A DNA stretch of 64,000 nt from Minisyncoccota bacterium (GCA_041664285.1 JBAYLA010000001.1:227-64226); one strand, 5' to 3'. Shown: positions 50,715-60,882, counted from the stretch's first letter. Numbers and translations: made by a program. Notes: generated by a model from the letters alone, not told the origin.

Positions 50715-52079
50715 ATGTGGAAGAAAATAGTTTTAGCTTTAATAATACTTGTTTTAGGTGGGGGAATAGCCCTTTTTGTTTTTAAGTCTGAGCCTCGATT
50801 AAATAAAAATTTTTCTACTACATATTCATTTCTTAAAAATCATCCTTTTCGTCTTGGGCTTGATCTCTCAGGTGGTACTCATTTAATATACAAAGCGGAT
50901 ATTTCAGCAGTTCCAGCTGGTCAAGTTGGGGATTCAATGAACGCACTTCGTGATGTTATTGAAAGACGTGTAAATCTTTTTGGAGTTTCTGAGCCAGTTG
51001 TGCAAGTGCAACATGGCGGATTGGTTTCTGGATCAACAGGAGAGCGGTTAATCGTTGATCTTCCTGGGGTGACTGATGTTAAACAAGCAATAGAGATGAT
51101 CGGACAAACTCCACTGCTTGAATTTAAAACTGAAGCGCCTACTGGGACTCCTCAAAATGCAACAGTCGACAAAGATGGCAAGGTTACTTTAGATATGAGC
51201 TCTCAGTTTGTTTCTACAGAATTAACTGGAAGATATTTACAAAAAGCAATTTTAGAATTTGACACAAGTACTCGTGAACCAAAAGTAAGTTTACAATTTA
51301 ATGATGCGGGGACGAAACTCTTTGCAGAGATTACTAAAAATAATGTTGGGAAAATGGTAGCGATTTATCTGGACGGTGCTCCTATTTCTACTCCAGTTGT
51401 TCGAGAAGAAATTCCTAATGGTCAAGCCGTTATTTCTGGAAGTTTTACCCCCACTGAAGCAAAGTTATTAGTCGGTAGACTTAATTCTGGAGCTCTGCCT
51501 GTGCCTATTACTCTTCTTTCTACTCAAACAATTGGTGCTATCTTAGGGGATAGTGCAGTAAATGCTGGAGTTAAAGCTGCTCTTATTGGATTTTTATTGG
51601 TGGTTATTTTCCTTATTCTTTTATACCGTTTACCTGGATTAATAGCTTCTCTTTCTCTTTGTATTTTTATTTCTATCATATTGGCACTTTTTAAATTAAT
51701 GCCTGTTACCTTAACGGCGGCTGGTATTGCAGGGTTTATAATTTCTATAGGAATAGCTGTTGATGCTAACGTACTTATTTTTGAACGTATTAAAGAAGAA
51801 TTGCGTTCTGGTCAGACTATTCATGATTCAATTTCTGCAGGTTTTTCTCGGGCTTGGTTTTCTATTCGAGATTCAAATATTTCTAATTTTATTACTGCCA
51901 TTATTCTTTTTTGGTTTGGCACATCTTTAATAAAAGGCTTTGCTTTGACACTTGGAATGGGAGTGATTATATCAATGTTTAGTGCTATTACCATTACTAG
52001 AATTTTCTTAGGAGTGTTTAGTTTTATTGGAGAGGGAAAAGTTGCTCGATTTTTATTTAATTCTGGTCTTGCTAAATAA
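50715..52079 (+). CDS. secD: Protein translocase subunit SecD
   Basis: LGLDLSGG, AIYLDG, SGALP, AVDANVLIFERIKEE. Confidence 0.96.
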   Translation: MWKKIVLALIILVLGGGIALFVFKSEPRLNKNFSTTYSFLKNHPFRLGLDLSGGTHLIYKADISAVPAGQVGDSMNALRDVIERRVNLFGVSEPVVQVQHGGLVSGSTGERLIVDLPGVTDVKQAIEMIGQTPLLEFKTEAPTGTPQNATVDKDGKVTLDMSSQFVSTELTGRYLQKAILEFDTSTREPKVSLQFNDAGTKLFAEITKNNVGKMVAIYLDGAPISTPVVREEIPNGQAVISGSFTPTEAKLLVGRLNSGALPVPITLLSTQTIGAILGDSAVNAGVKAALIGFLLVVIFLILLYRLPGLIASLSLCIFISIILALFKLMPVTLTAAGIAGFIISIGIAVDANVLIFERIKEELRSGQTIHDSISAGFSRAWFSIRDSNISNFITAIILFWFGTSLIKGFALTLGMGVIISMFSAITITRIFLGVFSFIGEGKVARFLFNSGLAK

Positions 52080-52110
52080 TTTTATAATTTAAAAAATTTT
52101 CAATCAAACT

Positions 52111-53031
52111 ATGTTTATAATAAAATACAAAAAAATATTTATCGGTATATCAGTAGCACTGGTCGCTTTTTCGTTACTTTCTATGATTGTATTTGGATTT
52201 AATGTTGGTATTGATTTTAAAGGTGGAGCATTGACGGAAGTTGTTTATAAAACAGAGCGTCCCGCTCAAGATACTTTAGATAAGTCTTTAATCGCTCTTG
52301 GTTTTGGTTCTGTTGTTCTTCAGCCAACAGGGGATTTAGGTTATATTGTAAAAACTCGTGATTTGAGCGATCAAGAACATACCACTTTATTGCAAACACT
52401 TTCGCAGAACAGTACTAATCCTCTTACAGAAATGAGTTTCAATTCTGTTGGGCCAACAGTTGGCCAAGAACTTACTAGAAAAGCAATTTTGGCAATTATT
52501 TTAATTTCTTTGGCTATTATTTGCTTTATTGCTTTTGCTTTTAGAAAAGTTTCTAAACCAGTTTCTTCTTGGAGATATGGTCTCATTGCAATAGTTTCAC
52601 TTTTACATGATGTAGTGATACCTATTGGATTATTTGTTATACTTTCCCATTATTATGGAGCAGAGTTGGATACTCTTTTTGTGGTAGCAGTTCTTACTAT
52701 CTTAGGTCTTTCTGTTTCAGATACGATAGTTATTTTTGATCGAATCAGAGAAAACCTAAGAAATCAAAACACTATAGCTAAAGTAAATTTTGGTGAAATA
52801 GTTGGTAAAAGCTTAGAGCAATCATATGTCCGATCTATTTGTACTTCGTTGACTGTTATTTTGGTGTTGCTGGCATTATTCTTCTTTGGTCCCGTATCTA
52901 CTAGATATTTTGCTCTTATGCTTACAGCTGGAATGTTTTTTGGAACATATTCTTCAATTTTCTTAGCTTCACCATTGCTGGTCTTAGTAGAAGAGTGGCA
53001 GAAGAAACCTGCTCGCAATACTAAAGCATAA
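52111..53031 (+). CDS. secF: Protein translocase subunit SecF
   Basis: GIDFKGG, VGPTVG, HD, DTIVIFDRIRE, GTYSSIFLA. Confidence 0.96.
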   Translation: MFIIKYKKIFIGISVALVAFSLLSMIVFGFNVGIDFKGGALTEVVYKTERPAQDTLDKSLIALGFGSVVLQPTGDLGYIVKTRDLSDQEHTTLLQTLSQNSTNPLTEMSFNSVGPTVGQELTRKAILAIILISLAIICFIAFAFRKVSKPVSSWRYGLIAIVSLLHDVVIPIGLFVILSHYYGAELDTLFVVAVLTILGLSVSDTIVIFDRIRENLRNQNTIAKVNFGEIVGKSLEQSYVRSICTSLTVILVLLALFFFGPVSTRYFALMLTAGMFFGTYSSIFLASPLLVLVEEWQKKPARNTKA

Positions 53032-53067
53032 CTGTTGCAGGTTGGAAATAAGTGTTACAATACAAAT

Positions 53068-53619
53068 ATGATGTATCTTTTAATAATTTTAGGAGTTCTA
53101 GTTTTACTATTAATCTTTGTTTTTAATCGTTTTGTTTCTCTTCGTAACCGAGCAAAAGAAGCTTGGGCGGATATTGAAGTGCAGTTGAAGCGTCGATATG
53201 ATTTAATTCCAAATTTAGTAAGTACAGTTAAAGGATATGCCACTCACGAATCTAGTGCTTTTGAGAATGTCACTAAAGCACGAACAGCTGCGATGGGGGC
53301 TCCTGCTAATTTGGTGGACAAAGGGCAAGCGGAGAATATGCTCACTGGAGCCTTAAAATCTGTTTTTGCTATTGCTGAAGCTTATCCAGATTTAAAAGCT
53401 AATCAGAATTTCTTAGCACTTCAAAATGAACTTTCAGATACAGAAAATAAAATTCAGGCTGCTCGAAGATTCTACAATACTAATGTTCGAGATTTGAACA
53501 TTTCTATTGAAAGTTTTCCAGGTAATCTTATCGCTCCTATATTTAATTTCTCTAAAATGGAATTTTTTGATCTTCCTGACAATGATGTTGCGCAGAATTC
53601 TGTCGAAGTGAAGTTTTAA
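53068..53619 (+). CDS. lemA: LemA family protein
   Basis: QLKRRYDLIPNLV, EAYPDLKAN.NF, ENKIQAARRFYN. Confidence 0.95.
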   Translation: MMYLLIILGVLVLLLIFVFNRFVSLRNRAKEAWADIEVQLKRRYDLIPNLVSTVKGYATHESSAFENVTKARTAAMGAPANLVDKGQAENMLTGALKSVFAIAEAYPDLKANQNFLALQNELSDTENKIQAARRFYNTNVRDLNISIESFPGNLIAPIFNFSKMEFFDLPDNDVAQNSVEVKF

Positions 53620-53637
53620 AAAACTTAATTTTTATCT

Positions 53638-54915
53638 ATGATTAACGATCAATTATTAAGTTATGTTAAACAACAGCTATCTCTTAATGTGGGAAGAGAA
53701 GTAATTACCTCTAATTTAAAATCTCAAGGCTGGACAGACGACGACGTTAATGAAGCTTTTAGAGCTATCATGCCTGTTTCTGTACCAACATCTGTTCCAA
53801 CTCCTCTTGTAGTTTCTTGTGTGAATCCAAATTTAACACAAATACAAACTAATTTTTCTAATACAACACATATCAAAAGTAAAAAAATATTTTTTATAGT
53901 TATTATTATATTAATTTTACTTTGTATGGCTGGCGGAGGGGCATATGCGTATTATTCGGGAGTTTTCGTGTCGCTTCCAAAGCTTGTTTCTGAGGCTATT
54001 GATAAAACTAGGGTTGTTAATAGTGCTAATTATGACACCACTGTTAGTATTGATTTTTCAGAAGTTAAAAGTGCTGCAACTTTGCTTCCTGTAGGTCTTT
54101 CTTCTAATAAAGTTATTTTTACCACAAAAGGGTCTTATGATATTTCTGATAAAAATAATCTAAAAAGTTCAATGATTCTTTCTATCGACGGAGGCGATGT
54201 TTCTATAGCAGCTGAGTTTCGGATGTTAAACGATACTCTGTATGGAGCCCTTACTAAGGTTCCTTCTGCTGTAACTTTATTTTTACCGATGATTTCTTCA
54301 TATGAAAATAAATGGTTTTCGGTTCCATTCAAGTCAACAAATGGTCAAGCCGTAGATAATCCGATTGCTTCATTTTCTAATATTGACATAAGTGTTGTTG
54401 ATAAAATAACACCAGAACAAGAAGAACGTTTATACCAGATGACTCGCGATGCTAGTTTTATAAAAGTAGTAAAAAGGTTTTCTCCGGAGACAATTACTGG
54501 TGAAATGTCCTATCATTTTACTTTTGACCTTGATCGAGAAGGAATTAGTTCATATCTGCAGTCATTAAAAGATTATATTAACTCTGTAGGTAAAAACGAC
54601 TCTTCTTTGTCTGCTTTTGATCCAACATCCTTTGATAAAGAATTAGATAATTTAAAAGATTTTACAGGAGAAATATGGATTGGTCGCAACGATAAATTAT
54701 TACATAAAATTGTTTTGAATTTTGGAATTCAACTTGATCCCACAAAAAACGAACAAGTAAAAGTAAGCATTGTGGGTATTATGAGTGGCTGGAATCAGCC
54801 TGTATCAATTACTGCTCCAGCTGAGAGCACTCCTTTTGCTGATTTAATATCTACTTTGTTTAACCCAAGCCAACTACCAGTGAAAGAAATACAGAAGAAG
54901 TCAATAAAAAAATAA
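53638..54915 (+). CDS. Membrane-anchored protein with large extracytoplasmic beta-rich (LppX/LprAFG-like) domain
   Basis: N-terminal 'L..QGW....V.EAF' helical domain, Pro-rich linker, TM, 'GEIWIG..D', 'NQPVSITAP'. Confidence 0.6.
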   Translation: MINDQLLSYVKQQLSLNVGREVITSNLKSQGWTDDDVNEAFRAIMPVSVPTSVPTPLVVSCVNPNLTQIQTNFSNTTHIKSKKIFFIVIIILILLCMAGGGAYAYYSGVFVSLPKLVSEAIDKTRVVNSANYDTTVSIDFSEVKSAATLLPVGLSSNKVIFTTKGSYDISDKNNLKSSMILSIDGGDVSIAAEFRMLNDTLYGALTKVPSAVTLFLPMISSYENKWFSVPFKSTNGQAVDNPIASFSNIDISVVDKITPEQEERLYQMTRDASFIKVVKRFSPETITGEMSYHFTFDLDREGISSYLQSLKDYINSVGKNDSSLSAFDPTSFDKELDNLKDFTGEIWIGRNDKLLHKIVLNFGIQLDPTKNEQVKVSIVGIMSGWNQPVSITAPAESTPFADLISTLFNPSQLPVKEIQKKSIKK

Positions 54916-54919
54916 ATTT

Positions 54920-55138
54920 ATGGTTACTCCAGAACTTTTAGAATACGTACGAATAGGAATTACTCATGGTAAAACTCGTGAAGAAATTAATCAGGTATTA
55001 ATTTCTCATGGTGGGTGGAGCGAGGCTGATTTAAGTGAAGCATTTAGAACTGTAATTCCCATGCAGGGTGTTGTTCTTCCCAATCTTGTTGTCGAAGATC
55101 AACCAATAGGCAATTCTAATTTAACCAAGAAGGAGTAA
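54920..55138 (+). CDS. Short ORF paralogous to the N-terminus of 53638-54915 (possible truncated gene)
   Basis: LLEYVR...GGWSEADLSEAFRTVIP vs LLSYVK...GWTDDDVNEAFRAIMP. Confidence 0.55.
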   Translation: MVTPELLEYVRIGITHGKTREEINQVLISHGGWSEADLSEAFRTVIPMQGVVLPNLVVEDQPIGNSNLTKKE

Positions 55139-55144
55139 AAATCC

Positions 55145-56047
55145 ATGACAAACCTTTATACAGAACAATCGAATAATGTGTTGAAGACTTGGCTATTGAT
55201 GTCAATATTTTTTATTGTTGTTATTGGTTTTGGTTGGTTTTTTAGTTTTTATTATGGCAATCCTAGTATCCTGTATTTTTTTGTTATTTTTAGTATTTTA
55301 ATGAATATTTTTTCCTATTGGTTTTCAGATAAAATTGTTCTTACTTTAGCTGGCGCTAAAATTGCAAAAAAAGAAGATAACTTTAATTTATATACTACTG
55401 TTGAGAATCTTGCCATTACAGCAGGGCTTCCTATGCCCAAGGTGTATATTGTTACTGATAGTGCACCGAATGCTTTTGCTACTGGACGGAACAAGGAACA
55501 CGCAGTGGTGGCAGTAACTACTGGCTTGCTTGGCCTTTTAGATAAAACAGAACTAGAGGGAGTAATCGCACACGAACTTTCCCATGTTGGCAATAGAGAT
55601 ATGTTGCTTTCTACTGTGGTTGTGGTGCTTGTAGGTTTTATTTCTATCATTGCAGATATTTTTACGCGAAATTTATTTTTTGGTAATTTAGGAAAGAGTA
55701 GAAACAATGAAGGAGGAAGTAATGCTATTTTTATGATTATTGGAATTGTTTTATCTATTTTAGCACCATTAATCGCAATTTTGATTCAATTAGCTATTTC
55801 TAGAAAACGCGAATTTTTAGCTGATGCTTCTGGAGCATTACTTACTCGATATCCAGAAGGATTGGCGAATGCACTGCGTAAAATTTCCCAATATAGTCAG
55901 CCGATGGTTCATCAGTCTAGTGCTATTGCGCATCTTTATATAGCTGATCCCAAAGGAAATCAGCGTTCAAAATTTGGTAAGAAAATGATTGGTTTCTTTG
56001 CCACTCATCCACCAGTAGAAGAAAGAGTCAAGGCCTTGGTGGGGTAG
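55145..56047 (+). CDS. htpX: Zinc metalloprotease HtpX (M48)
   Basis: PNAFATG, HELSH, SRKREFLAD, THPP. Confidence 0.95.
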   Translation: MTNLYTEQSNNVLKTWLLMSIFFIVVIGFGWFFSFYYGNPSILYFFVIFSILMNIFSYWFSDKIVLTLAGAKIAKKEDNFNLYTTVENLAITAGLPMPKVYIVTDSAPNAFATGRNKEHAVVAVTTGLLGLLDKTELEGVIAHELSHVGNRDMLLSTVVVVLVGFISIIADIFTRNLFFGNLGKSRNNEGGSNAIFMIIGIVLSILAPLIAILIQLAISRKREFLADASGALLTRYPEGLANALRKISQYSQPMVHQSSAIAHLYIADPKGNQRSKFGKKMIGFFATHPPVEERVKALVG

Positions 56048-56074
56048 AAATAATAGAAATATAAAAACTTATTT

Positions 56075-56130
56075 TTGCTATACCCGTACACTTGTTTAAA
56101 TTTTGAATAAAATAAGTGTTGGGGTATACT
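56075..56130 (+). promoter_or_regulatory. Palindromic repeat copy 3 with promoter upstream of gatC
   Basis: Near-identical to the reverse complement of 26586-26640; TATACT 6 nt before ATG 56137. Confidence 0.65.
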
Positions 56131-56136
56131 TTTTAT

Positions 56137-56409
56137 ATGGATATTAAAGATGTAGAAAACCTAGCGAAACTCGCGAGAATTGAGCTTTCCGAAGATGAAA
56201 AAAAGGATTTACTTCATGACATGGATAATATTTTGGGATATGTAAAGCAAATTGAGGAGATGAAAATTGAAGATGTAGGACAAGAACAAGGTGTCCATAA
56301 TATTTGGCGTGAAGATATTATAGAACAACGTGATTTTTCTTCGGAAATTATTGCGAAACAATTTCCTGATGCACATGATGGGTTTTTAAAAGTAAAAAAG
56401 ATTTTATGA
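56137..56409 (+). CDS. gatC: Asp/Glu-tRNA amidotransferase subunit C
   Basis: V..LAKLARI, RED, FLKVKKIL; overlaps gatA. Confidence 0.92.
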   Translation: MDIKDVENLAKLARIELSEDEKKDLLHDMDNILGYVKQIEEMKIEDVGQEQGVHNIWREDIIEQRDFSSEIIAKQFPDAHDGFLKVKKIL

Positions 56410-57827
56410 TTAATTTAAATACTCTCACTATTGCTAAAGCAAGAGTGGCTCTTGATAAAAAAGTTTTTTCTGCGGTAGATCTGGCGAAAGTTTATTTAGC
56501 GGAGATTGAAAAGAAAAACAAAGAACTCAATGCTTATTTAGAAGTTTATGATGATGTTTTAGATCAAGCAAAAGAAGCAGATGATAGAATCACTAAAGGG
56601 GAATCATATCCACTCCTAGGTATTCCTCTGGCTATTAAAGATGTTATTTTAATCAAGGGTAAAAAAGTTTCTTCGGCATCAAAAATTTTAGAAAATTATA
56701 CTGCCTCTTATAACGCTACTGCAATAATTAAGTTAAAGAAACAAGGAGCTGTATTTCTCGGTAGAACAAATATGGATGAATTTGCCCTAGGAAGTTCGAC
56801 TGAAAATTCTGCCTATGGAGTGACAAAAAATCCTTACGACATCAACAGAGTGCCCGGAGGCACTTCTGGTGGTTCGGCTGTTGCCGTAGCCAGTAATATG
56901 GCGTTGGCTGCTCTTGGATCAGATACTGGGGGATCTGTGCGCCTACCAGCTGCTTTTTGTGGAGTAGTTGGAATGAAACCTACTTATGGAGGAGTTTCTC
57001 GTTATGGTCTCATAGCAGCAGTGTCATCTTTTGATGTCATTGGGCCAATTACTAAAACTATGGAAGATGCTCAAATTATATTTGATGTGATAAAAGGACA
57101 GGATATTTTGGATAGTACTAGTGTTCCAGATAACTTTTATAAAAAACTTTCTCCTAAAGAAGAATTAATTATTGGGGTACCTTGGGATTTAATAAATCAA
57201 GAAGGAGTTAATGCTGATATTAAGAAAAACTTTGAAAAAGTGGTAAAAAGTTTTGAGAATTTAGGTTATAAAATTAAAGATATTAAATTACCGAATTGTT
57301 TAGCTTTATATTACATCATTAATTTTGCTGAAGTTTCAACTAATTTAGCTCGTTTTGATGGTGTAAGATATGGTTTACGTAAAGATGGTAAGAATTTGCT
57401 TGAAGATTATTTATTAACCAAAGGTGCAGGTTTTGGTAAAGAAACTCGAAGAAGAGTTTTACTTGGAGCTTATGTGCTTTCGGCTGGATATTATGATGCT
57501 TATTATGGTAAGGCACAAAAAGCTAGAACATCCTTAAGAAAAGAGTTTAAAGAATTATTCTCTGGGATTGATCTTATTTTAACACCGACTTCTCCTATTC
57601 CGGCTTGGAAAATAGGAGAAAAAAGTGATCCACTTTCTATGTATTTAGCTGATATTTTCACTTGTACAGCAAACATTGTTGGCGTGCCAGCCGTTTCTTT
57701 ACCGTCAGGTTTTATAGAAATAGAAAGGACAAAATTACCAATTGGGGTTCAGCTTATGGCCTCACATGGTCAAGAGGATTTACTTTTTGAAATTGGTAAG
57801 AAATTTGAGTCTAATATAATCTTGTAG
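56406..57827 (+). CDS. gatA: Asp/Glu-tRNA amidotransferase subunit A
   Basis: TNMDEFA.GSSTENS, GG.SGGS, GSDTGGSVR.PA, GYYDAYY. Confidence 0.97.
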   Translation: MINLNTLTIAKARVALDKKVFSAVDLAKVYLAEIEKKNKELNAYLEVYDDVLDQAKEADDRITKGESYPLLGIPLAIKDVILIKGKKVSSASKILENYTASYNATAIIKLKKQGAVFLGRTNMDEFALGSSTENSAYGVTKNPYDINRVPGGTSGGSAVAVASNMALAALGSDTGGSVRLPAAFCGVVGMKPTYGGVSRYGLIAAVSSFDVIGPITKTMEDAQIIFDVIKGQDILDSTSVPDNFYKKLSPKEELIIGVPWDLINQEGVNADIKKNFEKVVKSFENLGYKIKDIKLPNCLALYYIINFAEVSTNLARFDGVRYGLRKDGKNLLEDYLLTKGAGFGKETRRRVLLGAYVLSAGYYDAYYGKAQKARTSLRKEFKELFSGIDLILTPTSPIPAWKIGEKSDPLSMYLADIFTCTANIVGVPAVSLPSGFIEIERTKLPIGVQLMASHGQEDLLFEIGKKFESNIIL

Positions 57828-57871
57828 TAGAATTTTGAAAAAATTTCTCTACAAGGTATAATTCATTATAT

Positions 57872-58507
57872 ATGGAAACAGTTAATCAAAATAATTTACT
57901 ATCTGGCTCTTTCCTTGATTCTAAATTTTTTGATCCAATATATTTATTTAATCAAGGAGCAACATATCTTCACAATTTTTTCTCTTATATTTTTAGTAAC
58001 CAAGTAACAAATCTTGCAAAAACAGCTCTTTTCTTTTTGGCGATGTTTTTTTTGATAATAATTTTTTATACGGCTATTCGGTTGCTTGAAATTAGAGCCA
58101 AAGAGAAAAAACATTTAAAGCATGAAATAATGGAGTATGCTCACAATAAAGCTGAATATGAAAAACATTTGCGCGAAGAAGTCGGAGGTTCAAAAAATGA
58201 ACGTTGGAGCAAGACTCTTAGTTATCTTTTTTCTCAACATGCAAGTGATTGGAAGCTTGCTATTATTGAAGCGGATTCTATGTTGGAGAATTTGATGGAT
58301 CAATTAGGCTTTAGAGGTGAAACTTTGGGTGAAAGATTAAAATTAGCTAATCAAGATAATTTTCCTAATCTGACTATTGCCTGGGAAGTTCATACAGTTA
58401 GGAATAGAATAGCGCATGAAGGCTTGGCTTTTGAACTTTCACAACATGAAGCTAAAAGAGTAATTGCTTTATATGAGAGGATTTTCCATGAATATGGTTT
58501 TATATAA
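57872..58507 (+). CDS. Membrane-anchored hypothetical protein with HEPN-like RxxxxH motif
   Basis: TM segment, AIIEAD, RNRIAH. Confidence 0.6.
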   Translation: METVNQNNLLSGSFLDSKFFDPIYLFNQGATYLHNFFSYIFSNQVTNLAKTALFFLAMFFLIIIFYTAIRLLEIRAKEKKHLKHEIMEYAHNKAEYEKHLREEVGGSKNERWSKTLSYLFSQHASDWKLAIIEADSMLENLMDQLGFRGETLGERLKLANQDNFPNLTIAWEVHTVRNRIAHEGLAFELSQHEAKRVIALYERIFHEYGFI

Positions 58508-58580
58508 AGTATTTTTTTAATTTTAGTTTGCTTTTTTTGTAATTTAGGGTAAAATCAAAAGGTGCCTGTTAGGGCATTTT

Positions 58581-58640
58581 TTTATAGCGGGGTAGAGAAG
58601 AGGCATCTCCAAAAGGATTAATAGCGCGAATAACCTTAAG
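58581..58640 (+). pseudogene. Degenerate partial copy of tRNA-fMet 5' half
   Basis: TTTATAGCGGGGTAGAGAAGAGGCATCTC (29 nt) and ATAACCTTAAG repeated from the tRNA at 58677; no T arm. Confidence 0.65.
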
Positions 58641-58676
58641 GGTGCTTTGAAAATACTTTGTTTATATTATATTTAT

Positions 58677-58747
58677 AGCGGGGTAGAGAAGAGGCATCTC
58701 GTAAGGCTCATAACCTTAAGACTCACGTTCGATTCGTGACCCCGCAA
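58677..58747 (+). tRNA. tRNA-fMet (initiator, CAT)
   Basis: AGCGGGG/CCCCGCA with unpaired 1:72, TAAGG-CTCATAA-CCTTA, TCACG-TTCGATT-CGTGA. Confidence 0.85.
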
Positions 58748-58825
58748 CACTCCCGCCATAGGCGGGCAAGTCGGCAGGTGACATGCCTTTTGCATCTCTC
58801 CTCGCCGGTATAATTGATGTATAAT

Positions 58826-58898
58826 GTCGGCGTAGCTCAGTCGGTAGAGCGGAGGACTCATAAGCCTCAGGTCACAGGTTCGATCCCTGTCGCCGACA
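58826..58898 (+). tRNA. tRNA-Met (CAT, probably elongator)
   Basis: GTCGGCG/CGCCGAC acceptor, GAGGA-CTCATAA-GCCTC. Confidence 0.88.
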
Positions 58899-58926
58899 CC
58901 CTTCAAAAGAGAAGGAAATATAGTAT

Positions 58927-59000
58927 GCGGTCGTAGCTCAACTGGTTAGAGCGCTTCCCTGTCACGGAAGAGGTTGCCGGTTCAAGTCCGGTCGATCGCG
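58927..59000 (+). tRNA. tRNA-Asp (GTC)
   Basis: GCGGTCG/CGATCGC acceptor, CTTCC-CTGTCAC-GGAAG, discriminator G. Confidence 0.95.
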
Positions 59001-59092
59001 CAAGAATTTAGCTAATAAATAAGACTTAAAATTGCAATTAACATTGTGTTTTTTTATGCTATAATTAGCCTTATTATTTAATTTTAATTTTC

Positions 59093-59833
59093 ATGATTTA
59101 CACAATTTTATTAATCTTATTATTTATTATCGTTATAAGTATTCGTCAAATTAATCAATATGAAAAAGGTATAAAATTTACTTTTGGTAAATTTACTCGA
59201 ATCATGGAACCTGGATGGAGGCTTGTTTTGCCGATTATTCAAAGTTACCAAAAAGTAGATATCAGAGTAAAGGCCGTAGATGTTCCAGATCAAAATGCAA
59301 TAACGAGAGACAATGTTTCTGTAAAAGTTAACGCTGTCATATATTACAAAGTTAGCGATGCTCCAAAATCTATTATTGAAGTGGAAGATTTCAGATATGC
59401 AATTTCTCAATATGCCCAAACAACAATGCGAAACATTGTTGGTGAAGTAACATTAGATGAATTACTCTCTAGTAGAGATAAAATTGCCGACAGAATTAGG
59501 GAGATTGTTGATAAAGAGACAGATGCTTGGGGTCTGAAGGTCCAAAATGTGGAATTGAAAGATGTTAGTTTGCCACCTGACATGGAGAGAACTATTGGCA
59601 AACAAGCAGAAGCCGAAAGAGAGAAGAGGGCGGTAATTATAAATTCAGAAGGAGAACTTGCTGCTTCTCAAAACATAGCAAAAGCTGCAGGGGTGCTTGC
59701 TGCATCGCCAGGAGCACTTCATCTAAGAACTCTCCAATCTATTAATGACATTTCTTCTGATCAATCAAATACTGTTGTTTACATGATTCCTATTGAGGCT
59801 TTAAAAGCTTTAGAAGGGTTTGCTAAAAAATAA
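59093..59833 (+). CDS. SPFH/stomatin (slipin) family protein
   Basis: ITRDNVSVKVNAV, AQTTMR, QAEAEREKRA, LHLRTLQ. Confidence 0.95.
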   Translation: MIYTILLILLFIIVISIRQINQYEKGIKFTFGKFTRIMEPGWRLVLPIIQSYQKVDIRVKAVDVPDQNAITRDNVSVKVNAVIYYKVSDAPKSIIEVEDFRYAISQYAQTTMRNIVGEVTLDELLSSRDKIADRIREIVDKETDAWGLKVQNVELKDVSLPPDMERTIGKQAEAEREKRAVIINSEGELAASQNIAKAAGVLAASPGALHLRTLQSINDISSDQSNTVVYMIPIEALKALEGFAKK

Positions 59834-59937
59834 TCGCAATCCAAGCTTTATCCACAAGCCTCGCTAAGTTTTAAGCCTTAATTTATAAAGGATATTTTCT
59901 TCCGACTGATTAGAGAAAGAAATGATATAATAAAAAT

Positions 59938-60882
59938 ATGAAAATAAAAAAATTAACAAAACCCACTATCCGTAAAGTACTTTTTGTTTGTAATGGAAAT
60001 ACTTTTAGAAGTTTTTCTGCAGAATTTCTCCTCAAGCATTATCTTGATAAACATAATATAAAAGGATGGAATGTTTTTTCAGCAGGATTGATAAAAAATC
60101 ATAGTAAGGTTGATCCTGAAACTATTGCCGACCTTAATGCCCTTGGTGTTAAAATATTTCATCGTGCTCATCATAAATTAAATAAGTTATTACTAAAGAA
60201 ATTTGATCTTGTAATTGCTATGGCCCAAGATCAAGTTGATGTTTTAAAAAATAATTTCAATTATCAACACGCAATTTTATTTAATGAATTAGTTAAAGAT
60301 GAGAAAAGTTCTATTTGGGATATACAAGACGAAGTGAAAGATTGTCACACCAATCGAAGGGGAGTTGAGAAAAAAATTGATAGAACGATACAATATATTC
60401 ACGATAGTATTCCAAAACTTGTTAAAAATATTAATGAGCGTGTATATCTTTTTGAAGATTTTGCCAAAGGATTAAAGAAAAGAGAACACAGAAATGGGTT
60501 TCCTATAATAAGACTTTATGAAACTCGGAATACCTTAGCCTTTATGTCTATTAGTATTCCTTCGAAGGAAGATGGGCATATTTTAGTAATCCCTAAAAAG
60601 AGATATATTTATTTTCACGAAATTCCACCTAAAATTTTAAAAGAACTTCTGATGGTAGTACAGAAAATTGGTGCGGTTCTAGAGAATGATCATGAAGGAT
60701 ATAATATACTTCTTAATAATGGTAGAGCAGCGATGCAATATGTTTTTCATGCACATTTCCATCTTATTCCTAGAGATAGTAAAGATAAAATTAAACTTGA
60801 GGATTGGAGTAATAAGAGATTGACTATACAGCAATTTATCATGCTCAATAAAAAACTCAAGCAGAAAATTGCAAACCAATAA
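59938..60882 (+). CDS. Fusion of low-molecular-weight protein tyrosine phosphatase/ArsC-like domain and HIT hydrolase
   Basis: VLFVCNGNTFRS (CX5R) at N-terminus; GHILVIPK and HAHFHLIPR at C-terminus. Confidence 0.85.
   Translation: MKIKKLTKPTIRKVLFVCNGNTFRSFSAEFLLKHYLDKHNIKGWNVFSAGLIKNHSKVDPETIADLNALGVKIFHRAHHKLNKLLLKKFDLVIAMAQDQVDVLKNNFNYQHAILFNELVKDEKSSIWDIQDEVKDCHTNRRGVEKKIDRTIQYIHDSIPKLVKNINERVYLFEDFAKGLKKREHRNGFPIIRLYETRNTLAFMSISIPSKEDGHILVIPKKRYIYFHEIPPKILKELLMVVQKIGAVLENDHEGYNILLNNGRAAMQYVFHAHFHLIPRDSKDKIKLEDWSNKRLTIQQFIMLNKKLKQKIANQ

Noticed and set aside
58673-58906. 77-aa minus-strand ORF
   Set aside because: Antisense to tRNA-fMet and tRNA-Met; shadow ORF
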